Source: Kagunavirus LM08P1. From it: 42,973 nt of DNA. The notes under the pieces are model-generated. The model saw only the letters and a program-made list of their open reading frames with translations. It searched no databases and was not told where the DNA came from. Of this stretch, positions 26,018 through 33,142 are shown one piece after another. The stretch's first letter is position 1; each line of letters starts with the position of its first letter. Where the stretch lies: the sequence record OZ035812.1, one strand, 5' to 3'. A program made the translations under genes and the position numbers.

Positions 26018-26272
26018 TTAGTTAGATAATTCGGCTTGAACTTGCTTAATAAGTTCTCCAGCCGTTGTGAAGTCTACGGACAGCCGTTTAGCTACGTCTT
26101 CCGCAAGCACTTTGCGGCCAACCGACCCGAAACCCAGGATACGGTTTACTTCCGAAACCTTCATATACCATGAGTAATTAACTGATGCCCCTGTGTACTT
26201 ACAGATTCGAACAGATGAATCGATTGAACCCATAATCATGGTATTTACTGACAGTTGAAGTTCGATAGCCAT
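26018..26272 (-). CDS. hypothetical protein
   Basis: 84 aa; RBS AAGGAA; preceded by strong minus-strand promoter 26307..26335. Confidence 0.5.
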   Translation of the reverse strand: MAIELQLSVNTMIMGSIDSSVRICKYTGASVNYSWYMKVSEVNRILGFGSVGRKVLAEDVAKRLSVDFTTAGELIKQVQAELSN

Positions 26273-26273
26273 T

Positions 26274-26588
26274 TTATAATTCCTTATATTGTTGGGGTAT
26301 GTGCTTACTATAATAGTCTGCTATTAGGGTGTCAATCTGTTTTATCGAACCAACGACAAAAACATTCGCGCCACGTTTACGCATCCGCTCGTGCTCGCGT
26401 AACTGGTGTGGGTCTGGCTTCGTGCTTTCATCTTTCTTAACCTCAACGAACCAGATGATGCCGCCGGGGAGGATTACCAACAGGTCGGGCGCTCCGTTTC
26501 GGCCCTCATACACCATCTTACGAACGAGGCCCCCCAGGGCCTCGAATCGGTCTTTCGCGTATTTCTGTACGCGGCCCTCTTTAGTCAT
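26274..26588 (-). CDS. VRR-NUC domain nuclease
   Basis: ORF frame to 26603 (TTG); ATG 26588 in ATGA overlap with upstream small ORF; PD-(D/E)xK-type motif ...PDLLVIL...VEVKK... recalled as VRR-NUC. Confidence 0.6.
   Translation of the reverse strand: MTKEGRVQKYAKDRFEALGGLVRKMVYEGRNGAPDLLVILPGGIIWFVEVKKDESTKPDPHQLREHERMRKRGANVFVVGSIKQIDTLIADYYSKHIPQQYKEL
26307..26335 (-). promoter_or_regulatory. sigma70 promoter (TTGACA-N17-TATAGT) with palindromic core (family 2), minus-directed
   Basis: Minus strand reads TTGACA ccctaatagcagactat TATAGT; lies inside 3' end of VRR-NUC coding sequence, about 28 nt upstream of start of 26018..26272. Confidence 0.55.
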
Positions 26589-26737
26589 GGGCGTAGAACC
26601 CAAGTAAGGAAAGCCCCTCCTAGAACGGCAACACCGACAAACTTAAAGAACAGGCCATAACAGAACATCGTGGCTATTCCCGCCCCGAGTAACAGTGCAA
26701 GCATGGTTACTATTGTCCAAAATACAAACATTGTCAT
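26585..26737 (-). CDS. small hydrophobic protein (50 aa)
   Basis: Manual ORF; ATG 26737 with RBS GAGGGGTG; stop overlaps VRR-NUC ATG (ATGA); two hydrophobic stretches. Confidence 0.35.
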   Translation of the reverse strand: MTMFVFWTIVTMLALLLGAGIATMFCYGLFFKFVGVAVLGGAFLTWVLRP

Positions 26738-26819
26738 AATACGCACCCCTCACGTTTCGTGTGCTCAATCCCGCAGCGCGGACAGATTCGACAGTCTTCT
26801 TCATAGAACCAGTAGATTT

Positions 26820-26951
26820 TCATTCCAGCACCCACAGATAAATTGCGATGAACATACCTAATACGGCTACAATCATGCCGTATTGGCCCTCGTGACAGTA
26901 GACACCGGCGGCAAATCCCGCCAGTACTGCGATAATCAGTTTACTTAGCAT
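26820..26951 (-). CDS. small hydrophobic protein (43 aa)
   Basis: Manual ORF; ATG 26951 overlapping polymerase stop; sequence MLSKLIIAVLAGFAAGVYCHEGQYGMIVAVLGMFIAIYLWVLE. Confidence 0.3.
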   Translation of the reverse strand: MLSKLIIAVLAGFAAGVYCHEGQYGMIVAVLGMFIAIYLWVLE

Positions 26952-29214
26952 AACGGTACACCTCTTCCCCAGCCCATGTTAACGGGAACCCTTCGGCCCA
27001 CTCAGGTAATGAGCATAGCAGGTCACCCATCTCTTTAACCGTGTACTCTGGCGTGTCTGGCGTTTCGGCAACACATTCGTCATGTACGTGGAGTACAATT
27101 GGGTAGCCCGCCGCCTCGACCGTCAGGAGTCCGTTAACCAGTAAATCACGGCACAACGCCTGGATGATGTTTTCACACAATTTTCCGCCGTGGGTGTACA
27201 AAGTTGTCCACTGGCGGGTGGTCTGATTTTCACCCTGATACTTAATGCGGACGTTAGTAGTAACGCGCCCATCCTCGTCAGTCTCTTTAGTGACGCTTAA
27301 GCCTATGCCAGGGTAGGACATGATGCGCCCAGACGGCAGTTCCACGCACAACCACCAACCCGGAACCGGATTACCGTGGTTGTCTTTTTCTTTGGTACGC
27401 CAGATGCGGATGGCTCTGTCGCCGTTAAGGCGTACTCGGGCCCCTGCCCAAAACTCTCGTCCCGGATTTCTGATGGCGGCTATCACCGAATCCTTAAGGT
27501 CATTCCAGAATTTCACTGTTTCCGGATGGGCTTCCCGCCACATGCGCTTAATGGCGTCACAGGTGCGCCAGACTTCTTTAGGCAGCACATAAGAGGCCCG
27601 TTCATCTTTTTTACCAGGCTTTGGCGGGCGTTTAGCCTCCTGAATTCTGGCCCATTCGTAGCCACGGGCGGTAGCCGCCCAAATGTGGTCGGGGAACGTG
27701 CCCCGCATTGTCTCTGTCATTTTAAAGAGGTCCAGCCCGTAAGTTTTAGCCATAGTCATAAAAGCCCCTACGCCCCCCTCGTAGCCGAGGCCGAGTTCGC
27801 AACATTTCCCGACCTGACGTAGGTCCTTACGGGTGGCTTTTAGTTCTACGGGATCCATGCCAAACATCTTGCCCGCGGTGGCGCAATAAATATCAATCCC
27901 TGCGCGGAAGGTCTCAAGCGCGGATGTCTCCCCCGCGGTCCAGGCCAACCCGCGCCCTTCTACGTTTGAGTAGTCGGCAACGAGCAACTTATTACCTTTT
28001 TCCGGGATGATGCAACTGCGAACAGTCGAGGCTGTCAGCTTGGACACATCGAAACGGCGATGCGCCCGGCCCTTTAAAAGCAAATTGATGCCAAATGATA
28101 GCGGGTTAAGCCTGCGGTTCCAGTCTTCGTCGGACTCCCACGGCTGGCGCACAAGTTTCTTTTCCTCGTTAGTCGGGTCGTCGTGGTAGTACCCGCGCGA
28201 CAGGTTCTGCGGTTGGAACCCTTTACCCGCAAATCGTAAAGTGCGCTTTGCCCCACCGTACTGGATGCAACCGCGGCGGCGGCCGTCTTTGGACCGTCCT
28301 AGCAGGAGCGGTTTGTATTTTGTCGACGCCGTGGAGGCCGCGCCGAGGCGCATCTCAATGATTGTGCGCGCATCGTCAGGTAAGTCGTCGTCCTCTAGCA
28401 AACCTTCGAGCGTTGCTTTCTGTGCATTATAGATATTGTAGGCCGGTGCCAGCTCCCGAAGGATTGGCAGGAAGTCTTTACCCGTTAGCTTGCCGCCAAA
28501 TTTAGCCCTGGCCTCGTTTTTTAGCTCTTGCTTGTGGCGTTCAACTGCTGCTACCGCCGCCTCAGCAAGAGCCGCATCAACAAAGAAGCCTCGGTCGTTG
28601 ATTAACTGGTCAAGTTCAAGTACACGGTCCTCGAAATCGGAGTTACCCCAACGTGGCAGCTTATGGAAGACTTCACGCATCGCTGTGATGTCGCTCACGG
28701 CATACTTGATGAACAGGGCCCACTCGTCAGGGTGAGTTTCTGCGGTGTAGCGGCGGATTTTGTAGTTCTTCGGCGTCGGTTTAGAGAAACGCTTAATCAG
28801 CGCCTTGCCGCGTTTATCTTTTGCATTGTCGGCGGATACGCCCAGCACTTCGCACAATGCGTCAAGTGACCCCGGCAGCGCGTGACGAAACGCCCAAATC
28901 ATCGTATCAATGGTGTTGCTTACCGGAATATCAAAGTCCCAGCAGTGCTTCATGACGAGCCTGTCGAACATTGAGCCGTTGTGCCACACCATCTTAATAC
29001 GACTGTTTGGCTTAACCAGGCGGCGCAAGGCGCGGTGCAAATCGCCCGGCATGTCGCTGCCGTCGGTGCAGTCCCATACCTGCACAGGCTCGTCGTCAAA
29101 AGCATATGCGCAGATGAGCACTTCGGTAGTTGGGTGTTCTGCGTAAGCGTAGGAACCGACTTTCTTCAAATCGGCTTCGGAGAAGGTTTCAAAGTCTAAG
29201 AACAGATAACTCAT
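26941..29214 (-). CDS. DNA polymerase I-type (family A) with N-terminal 3'-5' exonuclease domain
   Basis: 757 aa; N-terminal DnaQ-like Exo I motif FLDFETFS; polymerase motif A-like DYSNVEGR and motif C-like VLHVHDE. Confidence 0.9.
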   Translation of the reverse strand: MSYLFLDFETFSEADLKKVGSYAYAEHPTTEVLICAYAFDDEPVQVWDCTDGSDMPGDLHRALRRLVKPNSRIKMVWHNGSMFDRLVMKHCWDFDIPVSNTIDTMIWAFRHALPGSLDALCEVLGVSADNAKDKRGKALIKRFSKPTPKNYKIRRYTAETHPDEWALFIKYAVSDITAMREVFHKLPRWGNSDFEDRVLELDQLINDRGFFVDAALAEAAVAAVERHKQELKNEARAKFGGKLTGKDFLPILRELAPAYNIYNAQKATLEGLLEDDDLPDDARTIIEMRLGAASTASTKYKPLLLGRSKDGRRRGCIQYGGAKRTLRFAGKGFQPQNLSRGYYHDDPTNEEKKLVRQPWESDEDWNRRLNPLSFGINLLLKGRAHRRFDVSKLTASTVRSCIIPEKGNKLLVADYSNVEGRGLAWTAGETSALETFRAGIDIYCATAGKMFGMDPVELKATRKDLRQVGKCCELGLGYEGGVGAFMTMAKTYGLDLFKMTETMRGTFPDHIWAATARGYEWARIQEAKRPPKPGKKDERASYVLPKEVWRTCDAIKRMWREAHPETVKFWNDLKDSVIAAIRNPGREFWAGARVRLNGDRAIRIWRTKEKDNHGNPVPGWWLCVELPSGRIMSYPGIGLSVTKETDEDGRVTTNVRIKYQGENQTTRQWTTLYTHGGKLCENIIQALCRDLLVNGLLTVEAAGYPIVLHVHDECVAETPDTPEYTVKEMGDLLCSLPEWAEGFPLTWAGEEVYRYAK

Positions 29215-29228
29215 TATTTTGACCCTTA

Positions 29229-29252
29229 GTAAAAAGGCCCAATAAAGGGCCT
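29229..29252 (-). terminator. intrinsic terminator / attenuator hairpin between DUF2815-like gene and polymerase
   Basis: On minus strand AGGCCC-TTTATT-GGGCCT followed by TTTTT, upstream of polymerase RBS. Confidence 0.4.
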
Positions 29253-29272
29253 TAATTAAACAGATTCAGATA

Positions 29273-29905
29273 TTAACCACGGCGACGACGTTCGCGGCGC
29301 GGTGCTTCATCTTCTTCGTCGTCTTCCAGGTCGTCGGTGCTCGCTACTACACTGGAGCCGCCGAAGCGTTTACCTTCGCCCATATACTTGATGCCGAGGA
29401 TGGTAGCGCACAGGTTTTTCCAATCTTTGTGCCACCATAATTCTACAGATACGTTTGCGATACATCCGCTATATACCTGCTCGCCTTCTATTTCTTTCCC
29501 GTCGATGTTGAAATCAGGCTCGGTTTGTTTTTCACCTTTAGCCGATGTCATAATCACCGGTTGGCGGTTGTTTGTAGCGCGGAAATACAGACCTTCTTCA
29601 AAATCCTCAATCGGATTATCTCGCATTGCCAGGTCACGGACGCAGCATTTGTCTGCGTGGTGGTCTACACCGTAGTTGGCCTTCATCCATTTCTCGGCAG
29701 CAGCGGCCCCGATTGCATCTGTTACAACTTCCAACGCGGTGTCGTAAAGCGCATCAATTTGAGGATGGTCAGGCTGCATAAGAACAGTAACCTGATACTT
29801 ACCCTTAATCAGTTTACCGGTTTTCTTGTCCTCAGAGTCGGCGGCACGTTCAAATACGTTAACCCAGGCGGTGTTTACTTTACGCAGATTCAGTTTAATA
29901 CCCAT
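29273..29905 (-). CDS. DUF2815-like protein (putative ssDNA-binding protein)
   Basis: 210 aa; acidic then basic C-terminal tail; synteny with DUF2800-like nuclease and family A polymerase, which is recalled as a common phage replication module. Confidence 0.5.
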   Translation of the reverse strand: MGIKLNLRKVNTAWVNVFERAADSEDKKTGKLIKGKYQVTVLMQPDHPQIDALYDTALEVVTDAIGAAAAEKWMKANYGVDHHADKCCVRDLAMRDNPIEDFEEGLYFRATNNRQPVIMTSAKGEKQTEPDFNIDGKEIEGEQVYSGCIANVSVELWWHKDWKNLCATILGIKYMGEGKRFGGSSVVASTDDLEDDEEDEAPRRERRRRG

Positions 29906-29958
29906 CTTGATTTCTCGCTTTTAAGTTTACTCCGGGAACTGCCCGGCCAGTGATTAGA

Positions 29959-29988
29959 AATATAATAGCTAACTATTCAGGTGTCAAC
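29959..29988 (-). promoter_or_regulatory. sigma70 promoter (TTGACA-N17-TATATT) with palindromic core (family 2), minus-directed
   Basis: Minus strand reads TTGACA cctgaatagttagctat TATATT; core TGAATAG-N4-CTATT; upstream of start 29905. Confidence 0.55.
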
Positions 29989-30235
29989 CCTTCCAGCCAG
30001 TTATTTTCTCAACTATCTCAATATACTTGTTGGGCCATTTCATGTTGTTTATGAATCGAAGCGCCTGTGTCTTCCACGATTTATCGCTCAGGATAGCTTC
30101 GATGTCGCGAGTTTGTGTTATACATACCGTAATACACATTAAGATAAATGTTGGTAGCGTTAGTGGCATCATAAGAACCCAGAAAACAATACACGCTATA
30201 AGCCCACCAAAAATCCTGAACGTTTTACGAATCAT
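29984..30235 (-). CDS. small membrane protein (two predicted TM helices)
   Basis: ORF frame to 30265 (GTG); ATG 30235 with AGGAGG 7 nt upstream and ATGA overlap with upstream nuclease gene. Confidence 0.5.
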   Translation of the reverse strand: MIRKTFRIFGGLIACIVFWVLMMPLTLPTFILMCITVCITQTRDIEAILSDKSWKTQALRFINNMKWPNKYIEIVEKITGWKG

Positions 30236-31473
30236 TCCAAATCCTCCTCTGTTACCTGATTCCACTCAGGACGTTTGTCGTCTGCCGTTGCGACGCATGG
30301 CGTGCCAGGCTTACGGGTAATAAAGTCTTTCAGTTCATCTTCCGACACAACTTTAACCGCTTCGGTCGGCGTCATGAGCACTTCTTTAGTCAGCTTGTCG
30401 CCGTAGAGTTCTGCCACTTTCTCCGCGTCTTTCCACGCGCGATTACCCGGGCGACCCTCAACCAGCTTGTACCCCGGAACTTTCTTACCGGAATGCAACG
30501 CGGCGGCCATAGCTTTCTCAACCTTGTCGATGTGCTGGCGCAATAACGGCAACTTCTCATACTCAGCTACGAGTTGCTCAGGGGTCAGTTCCAGTGCAAA
30601 GTCGTCTTCCAGTTCTTCCGCCAGTGCAGAGTTAACGGTTTTTGTACGCGCGGCGCACTGTTCAGAGAACCGGCACCACTGACACCCATCTACCGACGGT
30701 CTGAAGTCCGACGCTTTCAGGTTCTTCTTTCCACGGAAATAGGCGTCAAGCGCTAACAATGCACGTTTCTGCGCGAACTTAGCGAACAGTTCCAGACCTT
30801 CAACCGAGATGTCCCACTCGGACGCACCGCCAGCATACGGCTGGAAGATAACAAGACGAACAACTGTGATGTTATAACGTCTCCTGAGTCGGCGGTAAAC
30901 ACCGAGAGCGTAAAGCATTAGCTGCTTGTTTTCTTTCGCTTCGACACGATGCCGTCCCGTTTTAAGGTCGCCAATAATGAGCATGTGCTCGTCAGTGTTT
31001 GCCAGTTCCTGAACGGCAACAAGGTCGGCGGTGCCGAACGTCTCAATGCCTTCGTAGCCCGGATGCAATACCTCAGTAAGATTGACGCGCCTTTCCAGCT
31101 TGGCGTAAGTCGCTACATCGATAATCGCTTTGCAGTAATCGGTGTACTTGCGCACCTGCTCAATCATATCCGTCGTAATCAGTACCGCACCTTTCATCGG
31201 GCTTATTAGCGCCTTAATCTGGCCTTTACCTTCATCCAGCACGTAAGCACCGACTTCACGCTCTAATGGCAACGCAGTACCGCGTATATAGGCGTTGAGA
31301 TGTACCTCAGCTATGGTGTGACACGCGGTCCCTATAACGGCGGATTTACCCGAAGTGTTAGGAATATCTTTTTCACAGGCCAGTGACGCCGCGCATGACA
31401 GCCACTTTTTAGCGCCTGACGGTGACAGTAAGGCGTGTACATCATTATTGCCGCCTCGTTCTTTTAGTTTCAT
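30232..31473 (-). CDS. PD-(D/E)XK Cas4-like exonuclease (DUF2800-like) with C-terminal Cys cluster
   Basis: ORF frame to 31494; ATG 31473 with RBS GGGTGGGAG; C-terminal CQWCRFSEQC cysteine cluster typical of Cas4/AddB-type Fe-S nucleases; synteny with DUF2815-like gene and polymerase. Confidence 0.6.
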   Translation of the reverse strand: MKLKERGGNNDVHALLSPSGAKKWLSCAASLACEKDIPNTSGKSAVIGTACHTIAEVHLNAYIRGTALPLEREVGAYVLDEGKGQIKALISPMKGAVLITTDMIEQVRKYTDYCKAIIDVATYAKLERRVNLTEVLHPGYEGIETFGTADLVAVQELANTDEHMLIIGDLKTGRHRVEAKENKQLMLYALGVYRRLRRRYNITVVRLVIFQPYAGGASEWDISVEGLELFAKFAQKRALLALDAYFRGKKNLKASDFRPSVDGCQWCRFSEQCAARTKTVNSALAEELEDDFALELTPEQLVAEYEKLPLLRQHIDKVEKAMAAALHSGKKVPGYKLVEGRPGNRAWKDAEKVAELYGDKLTKEVLMTPTEAVKVVSEDELKDFITRKPGTPCVATADDKRPEWNQVTEEDLE

Positions 31474-31767
31474 GCTCTTAAACTCCCACCCCATTTAACT
31501 TTACGCGTTTTGCGCTTGTAGGCGCACGTGTCACCGCTACGGTTGAATATAATCAGCCAAGTCGAGTTGCTTACTCGAAAAGGCTGGTGACGTTTAATAA
31601 AGATAAGTCGCGCTTTACGGTTCGTCATTCTTCTACCCTCTCCACCCAAGCATCGTCAAAAGTATCAAAATCAAGATTATCGTATGCTGCGTATGCGTCA
31701 TCTACATCCAGGTATCGGCTGTGCTCTGTAGCCACGCCGTTAGTGTAAGTAAATATCGCCCAGTAAA

Positions 31768-32040
31768 TCATGCTCTGCTCTCCCACTGGTCAATTAAATG
31801 TCTTGTCTTATAGTCACAGTGCATGGCCCAGCTGTACATCGACTCAAAGACATAAAAGTCAGGTTTGGCGAATGTCGTGCGCTTAATCTGTGACACGTGT
31901 CGGCCTATATCTTTAGGCCGAGGTACTTTGCCTAAGTACGCCATCTCTTCCATCTGGTGCGCACCGGACGGCGCACGTAACAGCCATAACACCTCTGTGT
32001 TGTCCCGCCTGTCTACGGCTCGGTAGAGTTGGTAAATCAT
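31768..32040 (-). CDS. hypothetical protein
   Basis: ORF frame to 32067 (GTG); ATG 32040 with RBS GAGGGTAAA, ATGA overlap with upstream gene. Confidence 0.45.
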   Translation of the reverse strand: MIYQLYRAVDRRDNTEVLWLLRAPSGAHQMEEMAYLGKVPRPKDIGRHVSQIKRTTFAKPDFYVFESMYSWAMHCDYKTRHLIDQWESRA

Positions 32041-32240
32041 TTCTTTACCCTCACAGAATCCATCCACGCGAAAACGTCATCCATAGAAAAATCACCGTCG
32101 AAAACTTTTTGTGTTTTATCCGACTTTTGTACATACGTAGGGCGTTTATTATCTACCGCGTGGAAGCATACGAAGTTATCCGTTTCTTCTATAACCCGCC
32201 CTGAAATCATAAGACCACTTTTCTTAGCTAAAATAGCCAT
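32037..32240 (-). CDS. hypothetical protein
   Basis: 67 aa; RBS GAGGGTCGG. Confidence 0.45.
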   Translation of the reverse strand: MAILAKKSGLMISGRVIEETDNFVCFHAVDNKRPTYVQKSDKTQKVFDGDFSMDDVFAWMDSVRVKK

Positions 32241-32295
32241 ATTTCCGACCCTCAGTATGGTGCCCTCACGTATGAGGGCACCATAAGTTAAGTAG

Positions 32296-32784
32296 TTATT
32301 CTTCTTCGAAATACTTGTTCTTGATTGCCGTCAGGCGTTCCAGGTATTCGGCCAGGTCTTCGTCTTTAATCGCGGCAATCTTCATCTTCTTACCGGTGAA
32401 CTCTTCCAGCAGTTCATCGGAATCATCGCACGCGGCATCGCTCGGACCTTCATTAATCGCATCGTCGATAGCCTGAATCTGATCACGAAGAGACTGGTAA
32501 TCGACTTCTTCTTTCTCTTCTTGCGGCTCTGGCGTTGGCTCCTCTACTTTAGGTTTACGCGGCTTGCGTTTCGGCTTCTCTTCTTCTGCCGGTTTAGTGT
32601 CGACGAGGTCTTCACCTTCTACCGTGATTTCTTTTGTCGCTTCTTTCGCAACAACATCACGAACACTATCTGCGATGTTTGCATCTGCCTTAAGTTCATA
32701 CACAGGTTTTTTCGCGCTATTCGCAGCAATCAGTTCATGCGCAACTACGAAACGTTCCAGTAATTTTAAGAATTGGTCTAACAT
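32296..32784 (-). CDS. highly acidic hypothetical protein (first gene of minus-strand early operon)
   Basis: 162 aa, very high Asp/Glu content with a central KPKRKPRKPK basic patch; RBS GAGGAGAG; immediately downstream of promoter 32816..32845. Confidence 0.55.
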   Translation of the reverse strand: MLDQFLKLLERFVVAHELIAANSAKKPVYELKADANIADSVRDVVAKEATKEITVEGEDLVDTKPAEEEKPKRKPRKPKVEEPTPEPQEEKEEVDYQSLRDQIQAIDDAINEGPSDAACDDSDELLEEFTGKKMKIAAIKDEDLAEYLERLTAIKNKYFEEE

Positions 32785-32815
32785 TTGTTTCTCTCCTCTC
32801 GTTTGGTATGGGCTA

Positions 32816-32845
32816 ACTATAATAGCGAACTATTCATGTTGTCAA
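32816..32845 (-). promoter_or_regulatory. sigma70 promoter (TTGACA-N18-TATAGT) with palindromic core (family 2), minus-directed
   Basis: Minus strand reads TTGACA acatgaatagttcgctat TATAGT; core TGAATAG-N4-CTATT; divergent from HTH regulator gene. Confidence 0.55.
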
Positions 32846-32861
32846 TGGGCTTTCCTAAAAT

Positions 32862-32890
32862 AATTAATATGGTACTATTCACATATAAAC
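32862..32890 (+). promoter_or_regulatory. candidate plus-directed promoter/operator upstream of HTH regulator gene
   Basis: TAATATGG-TACTATTCA resembles family-1 core (TACTAT -10) but -35 is weak; 20 nt upstream of RBS AAGGAG of 32910..33125. Confidence 0.35.
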
Positions 32891-32909
32891 TAACTAAGGA
32901 GTAACTGAC

Positions 32910-33125
32910 ATGCAACCATCTGAACTAGGCATCCGCGTAGAACAACGCCGCAAAGAACTAGGCATCTCTCAGCGCCGTCTGGCGGTTTTGGCTGGCGTTT
33001 CCCAGGGCGCGATTAACCAGCTGGCACTCGGCGTAACTCAGGACGTCCGCCCGGCGACGCTGTTTAAACTGGCGGAAGTGCTGGAAGTAGACGCCAAGTG
33101 GCTGGCGTTCGGTGAAGGGGCTTAA
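32910..33125 (+). CDS. XRE-family helix-turn-helix transcriptional regulator (Cro/CI-like)
   Basis: 71 aa; classic HTH segment ISQRRLAVLAGVSQGAINQLALG; lone plus-strand gene between two minus-strand operons. Confidence 0.8.
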   Translation: MQPSELGIRVEQRRKELGISQRRLAVLAGVSQGAINQLALGVTQDVRPATLFKLAEVLEVDAKWLAFGEGA

Positions 33126-33140
33126 CGCCCCTTTCTTTTT
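33117..33140 (+). terminator. intrinsic terminator
   Basis: GGGGC-TTAAC-GCCCC hairpin followed by TTTCTTTTT between convergent genes. Confidence 0.5.
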
Positions 33141-33142
33141 AC

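Noticed and set aside
26329-26607. Plus-strand track ORF opposite the VRR-NUC gene, and a plus-directed reading of the TATAAT at 26309
   Set aside because: No plus-strand gene context; the minus-strand reading gives a perfect TTGACA-N17-TATAGT promoter in front of a minus gene, so the plus ORF and plus promoter reading are likely artefacts of the palindromic motif.
26738-26819. Alternative 53 aa minus-strand ORF (MKKTVESVRAAG...) overlapping the small hydrophobic ORF
   Set aside because: No RBS, and it overlaps in another frame the 50 aa ORF that has both an RBS and ATGA coupling to VRR-NUC; only one is likely real.
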